NCBI GenBank assembly: GCA_965601575.1
Contig: CBFCWR010000001.1
Coordinates: 1 to 27,309, forward strand
Reading direction: 5' to 3'
DNA: 27,309 nucleotides
Source: an uncultured Desulfofustis sp.
GTDB lineage: Bacteria; Desulfobacterota; Desulfobulbia; Desulfobulbales; Desulfocapsaceae
Part shown: positions 18,158 through 27,125 of the stretch, piece by piece
Layout: the number at the start of each line of letters is the position of its first letter
Position numbering within the stretch: the stretch's first letter is position 1
Program-made: the position numbers and the translations under genes
The notes under the pieces: generated by a model
The model's input: the letters and a program-made list of their open reading frames with translations, nothing else
Told to the model about the DNA's origin: nothing
Databases searched by the model: none

Positions 18158-18176
18158 TCATGAGCGGGGTAAGACA

Positions 18177-20381
18177 ATGCATGACGTGACGAGGGCACTT
18201 ACCAAGCTGATAGACAAGAATCAGGACTGGCAGAAAGAGCCGTTGTTGAGCTTTGCCGAATTTTTAGAGGAGGCGACTTCCCAGCCTGCCCTGATCATCA
18301 GGAGCATCTATCAGCTTTACGCAGACATGATAGACAACTACATCTGCGAGGAAATCGACGAGTATCAGGATGACCTGGAGTCCCTGCAGTATGTGGCCTA
18401 TGACTGCCAGGATTTGCTGGCCGTCGGCACTGACCGCCCGTTTTTTGCCGATCAGCTGTTTGCCAACCGACTGGTGCGTCACGTTGACTCATTGTCGATC
18501 GGTGCCCAGCAGAATAAAGTGTACATATTCGATGGGCCGCCCGGCAGCGGGAAATCGACTTTTCTCAACAACCTGCTGAGAAAATTCGAGGAGTATACCG
18601 CCTCGTCTGAGGGACTGCGATACGAGATAGTGTGGCGCCTTGCCGATGAACCATCAGAATCAGCTGCGGCTGGCGATGCCGCAGCGCACGGGAGGAAAGA
18701 ATTTGACGTTCCCTGCCCGAGCCATGACAACCCCGTCCTCATCGTTCCCCTTGATTCCCGTCGGCGTTTTTTTGATGATCTTTTCGAAAACGACACCTTC
18801 AAGTGGGAGTTTTTCACCGATAAGAAGTTCGAGTGGGTATTTAACGACCAGCCCTGCACGATCTGCAGTTCGATCTTCGATGCCCTGATGCAGAAATATC
18901 ATCACATCGGCAAGGTGTTGGAATACGTATACGCCAGGCCTTACGTATTCAACCGGCGTCTGGGCGAAGGTATTTCGGTGTTTAACCCGGGAGACAAGCC
19001 CATCAAACGAACGGTGCTGCAACACGAAGCCATCCAGAAAAAGCTCGACAAATTGTTTCCAGACTCCAGGCCGATACGATATCTCCACTCGCACTACGCC
19101 AGAACAAACAACGGCATCTATGCGCTGATGGATATCAAGTCCCATAATACCGAAAGATTGATGGAACTCCATAATATCATCAGCGAAGGGGTGCATAAGG
19201 TTGAGGAACTGGAAGAAAGCGTAAAATCGCTTTTCTTTGCCCTGATGAACCCGGAGGATAAGAAACAGCTCAAGGGACTGGATGCCTTCAGGGATAGAAT
19301 TGAGTATATACATATCCCCTATGTCCTTGATATAAAAACAGAAGTTGATATTTATCGGGAAATTTTCGGGAAACACATCGACGAAAGTTTTCTGCCTCGC
19401 GTGCTCCACAATTTCGCCAGGGTGATCATCGCCACCAGGCTGGAGCCGGAGTCAGAAGCAATGCGTGCCTGGATCACCGATCCCGGCCAGTATGAATTAT
19501 ATTGCGATAAGAGTCTGCTGCTTCTGAAAATGGAAGTGTATGCGGGCTCCATACCGAGTTGGCTTTCGGAAAGCGATTTGAAAGGCTTTACCCCGAAACG
19601 GCGGCGGCAGATCCATGAGGAAGCGATAAGGGATGGATGGAAGGGCTTTTCCGGCAGGGACTCGATCAGGATTTTCAATGAGTTTCTCTCTACCTATTCA
19701 AGCGAGAGCAGGCTCATCGATATGTCCATGCTGGTTAAATTTTTCCAGAAGTATTGCCAGAAAGACAAGGATATCATCCCCGACCATTTTCTCGATTCGC
19801 TGCTGCAGATGTACAACTACATTGTACTCCAGGAGGTCAAGGAGGCGTTGTACTACTATAACGAAGATCAGATCGCCATCGATATCCAAAACTACATATT
19901 TGCCGTCAACTTTGATCCCGGCACCACGGAAACCTGTTTGTTCACCGGTGACAAACTGCATATTACCGAGGAGCTGTTCTCCAGGATCGAGACGCGACTG
20001 GTGGGCGATCCGAAAGATGGGGAAGCGTTTAGAAATGATGTGCAGAAGACCTATACCACCAGCACGCTCACCCATGAAATCATGCAGGAGAGGCTTCCCA
20101 TCGTCGAGACAACGCTGTTTCAGAATCTTTTCCAGAGGTATGTCCATAACCTCAAGGAAAAGGTGCTCGAGCCGTTTTTAAAAAATGAGAACTTCCGTAT
20201 GGCCATACGTGATTTTGACACCGATGAATTCAGAACCTATGACGACAAAATCGGTAACGATGTCACCTTTATGATAGAAAACCTGCAGAGCAGATACGAC
20301 TATACCAGACAAGGTGCCAAAGCAATCTGCATGTACGTGGTCGACAACGAAATCGCCCAGCAGTTCGAGGGCAAGGGTTGA
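18177..20381 (+). CDS. Second, divergent PrkA-like AAA+ protein
   Basis: Walker A GPPGSGKS, CPSHDNP, ARTNNGIYALMD at the Walker B position (no Glu), AFRDRI Arg-finger, GFSGRDS and C-terminal YDYTRQGAKAICMYV. Confidence 0.88.
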   Translation: MHDVTRALTKLIDKNQDWQKEPLLSFAEFLEEATSQPALIIRSIYQLYADMIDNYICEEIDEYQDDLESLQYVAYDCQDLLAVGTDRPFFADQLFANRLVRHVDSLSIGAQQNKVYIFDGPPGSGKSTFLNNLLRKFEEYTASSEGLRYEIVWRLADEPSESAAAGDAAAHGRKEFDVPCPSHDNPVLIVPLDSRRRFFDDLFENDTFKWEFFTDKKFEWVFNDQPCTICSSIFDALMQKYHHIGKVLEYVYARPYVFNRRLGEGISVFNPGDKPIKRTVLQHEAIQKKLDKLFPDSRPIRYLHSHYARTNNGIYALMDIKSHNTERLMELHNIISEGVHKVEELEESVKSLFFALMNPEDKKQLKGLDAFRDRIEYIHIPYVLDIKTEVDIYREIFGKHIDESFLPRVLHNFARVIIATRLEPESEAMRAWITDPGQYELYCDKSLLLLKMEVYAGSIPSWLSESDLKGFTPKRRRQIHEEAIRDGWKGFSGRDSIRIFNEFLSTYSSESRLIDMSMLVKFFQKYCQKDKDIIPDHFLDSLLQMYNYIVLQEVKEALYYYNEDQIAIDIQNYIFAVNFDPGTTETCLFTGDKLHITEELFSRIETRLVGDPKDGEAFRNDVQKTYTTSTLTHEIMQERLPIVETTLFQNLFQRYVHNLKEKVLEPFLKNENFRMAIRDFDTDEFRTYDDKIGNDVTFMIENLQSRYDYTRQGAKAICMYVVDNEIAQQFEGKG

Positions 20382-20461
20382 GATGTAACTCTTCTTGGGG
20401 ATGTCTTCAGGTCACTGCTCTCCAAAGACCTTTCTCAAACTCCACTCAGTTATGGCGAATA

Positions 20462-21559
20462 TCATTGGTCTCCTGACTGTAAAAGCCAGTAGTCGAGACC
20501 TTCCTTCTCGGCGGCCTGGAGGCGAGATCGGTGTGCTGCCGACTTGCCGGTGGTCAGCAGCTCGGTGAGATCGCCAATTACCTCGGGATTGAAAAGGTGG
20601 TAGATGTGCCCTGAGAATCTCCTCAAATTGATGGCGGATATATCTATGCTTTCTACTTCTTCGAATATCGTCAGATCTTTTCCCGCCTGGCCAAGACGCG
20701 GATAGCCATGCACCTCCTGCGATAGTTTCAGGGCCTTGTCGTTGTCCGACACATAGACGGTGATTCGCCTGACTAGTTTTTTCAGCTGGGGTAATTCCTG
20801 GCGAAATATATCGATATCAATATCGGGTGCGATGAGCACCAGTTCGTTGAGCAATGTGTTCTCATTGGCACGGTAGGACAGGCGGGCGAGCGCCTGGACG
20901 ATCCCCCTGGCTCCCAGGCTGTGGGCGACCACATCCAAATTTCCATCCCCGGTCGCCGCGACTGCCAGATCGAGAAATTCAGCGATATGCGGGACGCTCC
21001 AAACCAGATCGGCCTCGTCCCAGGTGTATTTCAACATGTTGCCGTCAGCCGGCCAGCTGAACAGCAGCAGTCTCTCCTCGAGTCCAAGGGCGCGCTGAAG
21101 CAGGGCGCCGCGGCGGCAGCTCTTTTCAAAATCAATATTGTAGCCATGAATGTAGAGAACCAGATTGCCACGGTCCCTGTCGGGGAGAGCTTTGATCGTC
21201 CGCCCCAGATCCTCCAGCGAAGCCTCCTGAATACTTACCATTTCAATCTTTTCATCAGGAATATAGAAAGGGACTGTCTCGGCAATTTCATCGAGTCCCC
21301 AGATTGGGGAGAAACTCACGGTACAAAACCCCGCCTCCAGCTGCCCGCGACTGCCGCCGTAATAGTGTGCCGGCTCGGTTTCTCCGGTTCTGTTGCGCAA
21401 AGTCACAAATGGTACCGAAACTTTTTCAATCATGCGCTCCATTGCATCTGTATCCTCCTGGGCTTCCCCCGAACGTACGGCGCCGATGGCCCTGGTTCCA
21501 GGGTGTGAGATCGCAATAAGTAGAGATAAAGCAGCAAAAACAAATTTGTGGTGTGGCAT
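20462..21559 (-). CDS. DUF900 family alpha/beta hydrolase (esterase/lipase), probably secreted
   Basis: LYIHGYN, FSWPADG, nucleophile elbow VAHSLG, IAPDID, DKALKLS..HGYPRLG and GHIY. ATG 21559 precedes a signal-like MPHHKFVFAALSLLIAIS; the ORF track extends it to 21697. Confidence 0.88.
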   Translation of the reverse strand: MPHHKFVFAALSLLIAISHPGTRAIGAVRSGEAQEDTDAMERMIEKVSVPFVTLRNRTGETEPAHYYGGSRGQLEAGFCTVSFSPIWGLDEIAETVPFYIPDEKIEMVSIQEASLEDLGRTIKALPDRDRGNLVLYIHGYNIDFEKSCRRGALLQRALGLEERLLLFSWPADGNMLKYTWDEADLVWSVPHIAEFLDLAVAATGDGNLDVVAHSLGARGIVQALARLSYRANENTLLNELVLIAPDIDIDIFRQELPQLKKLVRRITVYVSDNDKALKLSQEVHGYPRLGQAGKDLTIFEEVESIDISAINLRRFSGHIYHLFNPEVIGDLTELLTTGKSAAHRSRLQAAEKEGLDYWLLQSGDQ

Positions 21560-21560
21560 A

Positions 21561-21758
21561 TTATCTGCGTTGGGACACGCGTGAATTCCAGGAAGTTGGC
21601 CTGCTACCTCTCGCCACCCCCACCAAAGGCGACGCGAGAACAAAAACCTCATCGCTGTCCGGGGAGCGAACGAAAACGAGGTCGGTATTTGAGACAATCG
21701 CGTAATGGAGGCTATCGGGCTCGAGGTGCTTGAGTTCTGCCAGATGCACTTTTTTCAT
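21561..21758 (-). pseudogene. Probable 5' remnant of a Rieske-domain (glutamate-synthase-related) gene
   Basis: Strong GAGGAG RBS. The first ~41 aa (LAELKHLEPDSLHYAIVSNTDLVFVR..DEVFVL) resemble, from memory, the strands preceding the CxH ligand motif of Rieske domains. No CxH follows in any frame and the remainder looks non-coding. Confidence 0.5.
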
Positions 21759-22217
21759 TATGTTCTCCTCGGAATACGCTGAAAAACCAACATTCAGACC
21801 GTTGGTGAATAATCAAGAATCGCTGACCCGTCTCAGGTGCAACTCAATATAATCTAGATTGTAAGACTAATGTCATTCCCTGTACTGGCAAGTCATGGAC
21901 AATAGTTTGTCAGGTAATGTCCGGCTGGTCGACCCACGCTGGAACTCTGCTTGTTCACCCTGTATAATAACGAGACGTAGCTGAAGACCACACTGAGTTG
22001 GTTGGCATCGGGGCTGAGCCTTTTTCTCTCGCGCGTATGTCCACGATGGCTTTTGCCAGATGAAGGCCTTGGATCACTCTCCAGTAAGCGTGAGGGAGCC
22101 CGGCCTTTCATAGTTGTGAGAAACGATGGCGACAGTAACATTCCAGCAAAGAGGTTGAGGGTTTATCCAGGCCTTGCACGATCGATTCAGAGATGAAAGT
22201 TGTCCGGAGGAAAAGAG

Positions 22218-22469
22218 ATGTCCACAAAGAAAACATATCCCAAACGACCGAAGGTCCGGGCGGAAAATCCCAGCGGCGTCTGCGGCAAAATTGAGCACAT
22301 GACGATTGATGAACTCAAAGAGATTGCGGTCGGTGACAGTTTTGACGGCAGATGTCCCGCTTGTGGAATGTTTCATTTGACCAGAGCAGATATAGAGGTG
22401 CTCGAGAGCGAGAAAATCAGCGACTCGGATTATTATCATGAAATGAAAAGTCAGGCGGAAGAGCACTGA
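22218..22469 (+). CDS. Small Cys/His-containing hypothetical protein (83 aa), possible metal binder
   Basis: GGAGG RBS 7 nt before ATG 22218; GVCGK and CPACGMFH motifs; protein-like composition. Confidence 0.7.
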   Translation: MSTKKTYPKRPKVRAENPSGVCGKIEHMTIDELKEIAVGDSFDGRCPACGMFHLTRADIEVLESEKISDSDYYHEMKSQAEEH

Positions 22470-23052
22470 TCACCACAATAGATCGATCCATAGGGCTGGC
22501 GCCAGCAAATTTGGTACGTATCCCATCAGCGCTTCCTTTGTTATTTCTATCAGCCGGGTGGATGTGAATGCATACGGATAGAATCGGACAACAGCGTTCA
22601 CCCGCCCATCGGACACCCGCAGCTGGCCTGATTCACTATCGTTATTGCTGGCAGAGTTGTCGCGGGTTTAGTGTCGCGGGGGCCAAGCGAGTTGCGATGA
22701 AGGGTACCCGGCTACCTATAATGGCTCCCCTTGCAGTGGGAGTCTCTCATGGGGTGCCGCTGTGTTTATCGATAAGAGATAGAAAGCGCAGGACATCCGG
22801 TGAGCGGGAGAAAAATCCTTTTTTGTGCAGATTTTCTTAGAAAATAGTGGAGGGGATGATCATTATCTGGTTATTTCCGCAGCAATCAACCGGCTAGATG
22901 CACGAGCAATTGTCGTTTAGAAAGTGCATAAATGATATAATTTTAGCATGTTATGGCATTTTTGCGGTTCAGGCAGGTGGGGGGAAGTCGAGTAGGTGTT
23001 ATTAATTGTGTTCACACAGCCGTGGTGAACCGTTCTTTTCGTAGAGGCTTAC

Positions 23053-25791
23053 ATGAGTAAAAAATGGGTATATCGATTTACCGAGCTCGATGCAATTGAA
23101 GAATATGTCCAGGGAAGTTGGGAGGACGTGCGGGGCCTGCTGGGCGGAAAAGGTGCCAATCTTGCCGAGATGGTGCGCATCGGGGTCCCTGTGCCGGATG
23201 GCTTCATTATCACCACGGAAGCGTGTAACGAATATCTTTCACTCGGCGAGCAGCTTCCCGATGGTTTATGGAGCCAGTTGCTGACTTCGCTGGGTGAAAT
23301 CGAAAAAGCGACCGGCAAGGTTTTTGGTGATCCCGGCAATCCGCTTTTGCTGTCCTGCCGTTCAGGCGCCAAGTTCTCCATGCCCGGCATGATGGATACG
23401 GTTCTCAATATCGGCATGAACGACGAGACCGTTGCGGGGCTCATCGAGAGCACCGGCGATCCCCGGGTTGCCTACGACCTCTACCGCCGCTTGATCCAGA
23501 TGTTCGGAAGCGTGGTCATGCACATTCCGGATGAAAAGTTTGAAGAGATCATCACCAGGACTCGAATGGAAGCGGGCGTAGGCTCGGACACGGAACTCAC
23601 CGGCGATCACTGGAAGGAGATAACCGAAGAGTTTAAGAACGTGTTCCGCTTTTATACCCATCACCATTTCCCCACAGAACCTTATGCGCAGCTGCAGATG
23701 GCCATAGAGGCCGTATTCATGAGCTGGAACGGCAAACGGGCAATTGATTATCGCAACGCCGCGGGTATTGCTCACGATCTCGGTACTGCGGTGAACATCG
23801 TCACCATGGTCTACGGCAACCTTGGCGATGACAGCGGTACCGGCGTGGCCCTCACCAGAAGCGGTACCACCGGGGAAAAACGCATAGAAGGTGATTATCT
23901 CACCAATGCGCAGGGCGAAGATGTCGTTGCGGGCATCCGGATGACCAAAGATCTGTCCGAGCTCAAAAAGGAGATGCCCCAGGTCCATGCCGAGTTTGAA
24001 CGGGTCGCGGTACTTCTGGAAAACCATTATCGGGAAATGCAGGACGTGGAGTTTACCATCGAAAAGGGCAAGCTGTGGATGCTGCAGACCCGCGATGGTA
24101 AAAGAACTTCCCAGGCAGCCGTGCGGATTGCCATAGAAATGGCGGAAGAAGGCCTGATCAGCAGAGAAGAAGCAGTGATGCGGGTAACCCCGGATCTCAT
24201 CGACTTTTTCTTTCATCCCCAGTTCGACAGCGGGGCAATCAGCGAGGCGGTCGCCCAGAACAGGCTCCTTGCCAAAGGCTTGAATGTCTCACCGGGCGCC
24301 GCAGTCGGAGTGGTGGCGCTTGACGCCGATATTGCCGAAACCTGGGGCAAGCAGGATGGCCGGAAAGTCATCATGGTGCGCCCCGAGACCAGGCCGGATG
24401 ATGTGCATGGCATGCTCGCCGCCCAGGGTATCGTGACCAGCCGTGGCGGCAGAACAAGTCATGCGGCCCTGGTGGCAAGGCAATTTGGGACTCCTGCGGT
24501 GGTCGGGGTTGAAGATCTGGATATCGACCTCACCAGACGACAGATTATCGTCGGAGACAAGACCATCAGGGAGGGAGATTTCATCTCCGTTGATGGGACC
24601 ACCGGGGAAATATTCCTGGGTGAAATAGAGACCAGGAAACCGGACATCAAGGATCCGTGGCTCCTCAAACTGCTCGACTGGGCGGATGAATTTCGCATTC
24701 TCAGTGTCTGGGCCAATGCAGACTATCCGGTTGATGCCTCGAGGGCGCGAGACTACGGCGCCGAGGGCATTGGCTTGTGCAGAACCGAGCACATGTTCAT
24801 GGAGGCGGAGAGATTGCCGTTTGTCCAGAAGATGATCCTTGCTGAGATCGAGGTGCAGCGCAGTGAAGCCATCAAATCGCTGTTGCCGCTGCAGCGCGAG
24901 GATTTCACCGGGCTGTTCAGGGTGATGGCCGGTCTCCCCGTGGTGATACGGCTCATCGATCCGCCCCTGCATGAATTCCTTCCGGATCACCTGTCGCTGG
25001 TGCGCGAGTTGTCCGATTTGAAGATTCAGCTTCAGCATGCAGCCAACCTGGAAGCGATTGATGATTTACTCAAGCAGATACGCAGCAAGGAGAAGGTGCT
25101 GGACCGGATAGAAGTGCTGCGTGAAGACAACCCCATGCTCGGACTCCGCGGGGTGAGGTTGGGGAACCACTTTCCGGAATTGCCTCAGATGCAGGTGAGG
25201 GCGATTATTGAGGCGGCCTGTCTGGTGACCAAGGAAGGAGTGGAGGTGAAGCCCGAGATAATGATACCGCTCACCAGCCACGTGAATGAGTTGAAGTTTC
25301 AGCGCACCCTGCTCGAGGAAGAAGCCAATAAGGTGATGAAGGAGCAGGGGATCAAGATCAATTATAAATTCGGCACCATGATCGAGATTCCACGGGCTGC
25401 ATTGACTGCGGACCAGCTGGCCGAATATGCCGAATTTTTCTCTTTCGGCACCAACGACCTTACCCAGACCACCTACGGTATATCACGAGATGATGCGGAG
25501 TCCGGTTTCCTGATTGAATACATGGTGCATGATATTCTTCCGGAGAATCCTTTCGAGACCATCGATATCGATGGGGTGGGTCAGTTGATGCGGCTTGCGG
25601 TGGACAAGGGGCGAAAAACCAGACCGGAAATCAAGCTTGGAATCTGCGGAGAGCATGGGGGAGAAGCAAAATCGATTGCTCTCTGCCACGAGTTGGGGCT
25701 CAACTACGTATCGTGCTCTCCTTTCAGGGTTCCGCTGGCCCGCCTCGCGGCTGCCAGGGCGGCGCTGGCTGAAAAAGCCGAGACGCAATAA
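23053..25791 (+). CDS. ppdK: Pyruvate, phosphate dikinase
   Basis: GGKGANLAEM, RSGAKFSMPGMMDT, GEDVVAG, LQTR, phospho-His GGRTSHAA, GLCRTEHM, NPMLGLRGVR, SFGTNDLTQ and GICGEHGG. Confidence 0.98.
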   Translation: MSKKWVYRFTELDAIEEYVQGSWEDVRGLLGGKGANLAEMVRIGVPVPDGFIITTEACNEYLSLGEQLPDGLWSQLLTSLGEIEKATGKVFGDPGNPLLLSCRSGAKFSMPGMMDTVLNIGMNDETVAGLIESTGDPRVAYDLYRRLIQMFGSVVMHIPDEKFEEIITRTRMEAGVGSDTELTGDHWKEITEEFKNVFRFYTHHHFPTEPYAQLQMAIEAVFMSWNGKRAIDYRNAAGIAHDLGTAVNIVTMVYGNLGDDSGTGVALTRSGTTGEKRIEGDYLTNAQGEDVVAGIRMTKDLSELKKEMPQVHAEFERVAVLLENHYREMQDVEFTIEKGKLWMLQTRDGKRTSQAAVRIAIEMAEEGLISREEAVMRVTPDLIDFFFHPQFDSGAISEAVAQNRLLAKGLNVSPGAAVGVVALDADIAETWGKQDGRKVIMVRPETRPDDVHGMLAAQGIVTSRGGRTSHAALVARQFGTPAVVGVEDLDIDLTRRQIIVGDKTIREGDFISVDGTTGEIFLGEIETRKPDIKDPWLLKLLDWADEFRILSVWANADYPVDASRARDYGAEGIGLCRTEHMFMEAERLPFVQKMILAEIEVQRSEAIKSLLPLQREDFTGLFRVMAGLPVVIRLIDPPLHEFLPDHLSLVRELSDLKIQLQHAANLEAIDDLLKQIRSKEKVLDRIEVLREDNPMLGLRGVRLGNHFPELPQMQVRAIIEAACLVTKEGVEVKPEIMIPLTSHVNELKFQRTLLEEEANKVMKEQGIKINYKFGTMIEIPRAALTADQLAEYAEFFSFGTNDLTQTTYGISRDDAESGFLIEYMVHDILPENPFETIDIDGVGQLMRLAVDKGRKTRPEIKLGICGEHGGEAKSIALCHELGLNYVSCSPFRVPLARLAAARAALAEKAETQ

Positions 25792-25796
25792 AGAAT

Positions 25797-25829
25797 CGCG
25801 GCAGTTCAGATCCGGTCCGAACTGCCGCG
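25797..25829. terminator. GC-rich inverted repeat between ppdK and the convergent small ORF
   Basis: Perfect 11-bp stem CGCGGCAGTTC(25797-25807)/GAACTGCCGCG(25819-25829), 5 nt after the ppdK stop. It is followed by a U-rich run (ATTCTTTA) only on the minus strand. Confidence 0.6.
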
Positions 25830-25876
25830 CGCAAACTGCTGCAGTCTGGTCTTGCGTGTGGGGTAGCGAGCAGGCG

Positions 25877-26077
25877 TTAATGCTCCTGCTCCTTGGATGA
25901 TATCGGCAGGGTATAAGGCGAAAGTCTGGATCGATATTTCTTTTCCAGATAGTTCAAGAGCTCGTCATGGGTGTAGTGCTCCCCATGCTCACTGATAAAC
26001 TCTTGCAGCACCTTTTTCTTTTCACTCTCTTCAGTTTTTTTCCACAACTTTATTACTGATACTCGATAGATACTCAT
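25877..26077 (-). CDS. Small charged hypothetical protein (66 aa)
   Basis: MSIYRVSVIKLWKKTEESEKKKVLQEFISEHGEHYTHDELLNYLEKKY has an amphipathic helical look and a downstream terminator-like hairpin. The RBS is weak. Confidence 0.45.
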   Translation of the reverse strand: MSIYRVSVIKLWKKTEESEKKKVLQEFISEHGEHYTHDELLNYLEKKYRSRLSPYTLPISSKEQEH

Positions 26078-26702
26078 CTCACTTTTTTCTGAATCCCAAA
26101 AAAATAAAAAGTAGAGCCCGACAGAGGAGGTATGAACCGTATCGGACTCTACCAGAGGAGAGGGCCACATCTGTGCAGGAACAAGGACTAACTCTCCACA
26201 CTGTGCACGAAGAGGGCCGAGGGAATAACAGCCCTCTCCATGAGCTGGAAAAGGGGTCGTGCTGTCAGTACAAATCAGATTCCAGCGTTACGCTGCAGGG
26301 TGAGTCCCATCGTCTCGCAGAGGAGTAAATATCTCACTGACCGGCCTATCATTGCTCTTAAGAACTGCCTGAACATTACTTATAAGCCGGTATCGCTCCT
26401 GTAAAATCCCGCCTGAAATCCGCGATGAAAAACCACCTGCCATCAGAGATGGTATATCAAAATCAGTGCCAGTTATTTCTGGCGCCTGATTGTTTATTTA
26501 ATAACAATCAGTTATCTGTTTGTTGTCGTTTTCAGAAGGGATTGCGGTACTGCCGTGGGGAGATGGTTTTTACGATTCGGTCACAACAACAGGCGTGAAA
26601 CGTACCTTTATTCACAACTTTGTAAGACTTCGGCGGGCAGCTTTCCCAGGGTTTGACGGCAATTAATCGATACCGATGGGGTGCGTCGCAAGGGTAGGGT
26701 AA

Positions 26703-27125
26703 TTACTTTTCACGTGGCGGGCTGATCATGGCCTCTCCATCCACCACGACGGTGCCCTCCTGGTTAACGCAGGTGGTTTTCATGCGTACCCTCTTTTTCT
26801 CGGTGATGATGTCAATGACTTCGACGGTGGCCGTAATGGTATCGCCAATGATCACCGGTGCCAGAAATTTAAGACTCTGGGACATGTAGATGGACCCCGG
26901 ACCGGGCAACCGGGTACCCAACAGGCTGGAGATGAGTCCGGCGGTCAGCATACCGTGGGCAATGCGGGTTTTAAATGCGGTGGATTGGGCATAGACCTCG
27001 TCGACGTGGGCCGGATTAAAATCACCCGTGATCCCCGCATAGAGATACACATCGGTTTCAGAGATTGTTTTGCTGAAGCTGGCTTGGTCGCCCACATGCA
27101 GCTCATCGATGGTTTTACCTTTCAT
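26703..27125 (-). CDS. MaoC family dehydratase ((R)-specific enoyl-CoA hydratase, PhaJ-like)
   Basis: Hydratase-2 motif YAGITGDFNPAHVD, RIAHGML, GPGSIYMSQSLKFLAPV and VVDGEA; GGGAGG RBS 7 nt before ATG 27125. Confidence 0.93.
   Translation of the reverse strand: MKGKTIDELHVGDQASFSKTISETDVYLYAGITGDFNPAHVDEVYAQSTAFKTRIAHGMLTAGLISSLLGTRLPGPGSIYMSQSLKFLAPVIIGDTITATVEVIDIITEKKRVRMKTTCVNQEGTVVVDGEAMISPPREK

Noticed and set aside
21776-23052. Protein-like minus-strand stretches (AYWRVIQGLHLAKAIVDIR near 22030-22090; LRVSDGRVNAVVRFYPYAF near 22540-22630)
   Set aside because: They are bounded by stops and lack starts or RBS, and I cannot assign a family. tBLASTx would be needed to call pseudogenes.
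23362-25038. Long antisense ORFs (284 and 249 aa) over ppdK, and similar ones over ubiB (4825-5640), stomatin (11972-12667), prkA (13807-14502) and prkA2 (18660-19409)
   Set aside because: Shadow ORFs with no domain motifs or independent RBS, opposite highly conserved genes.
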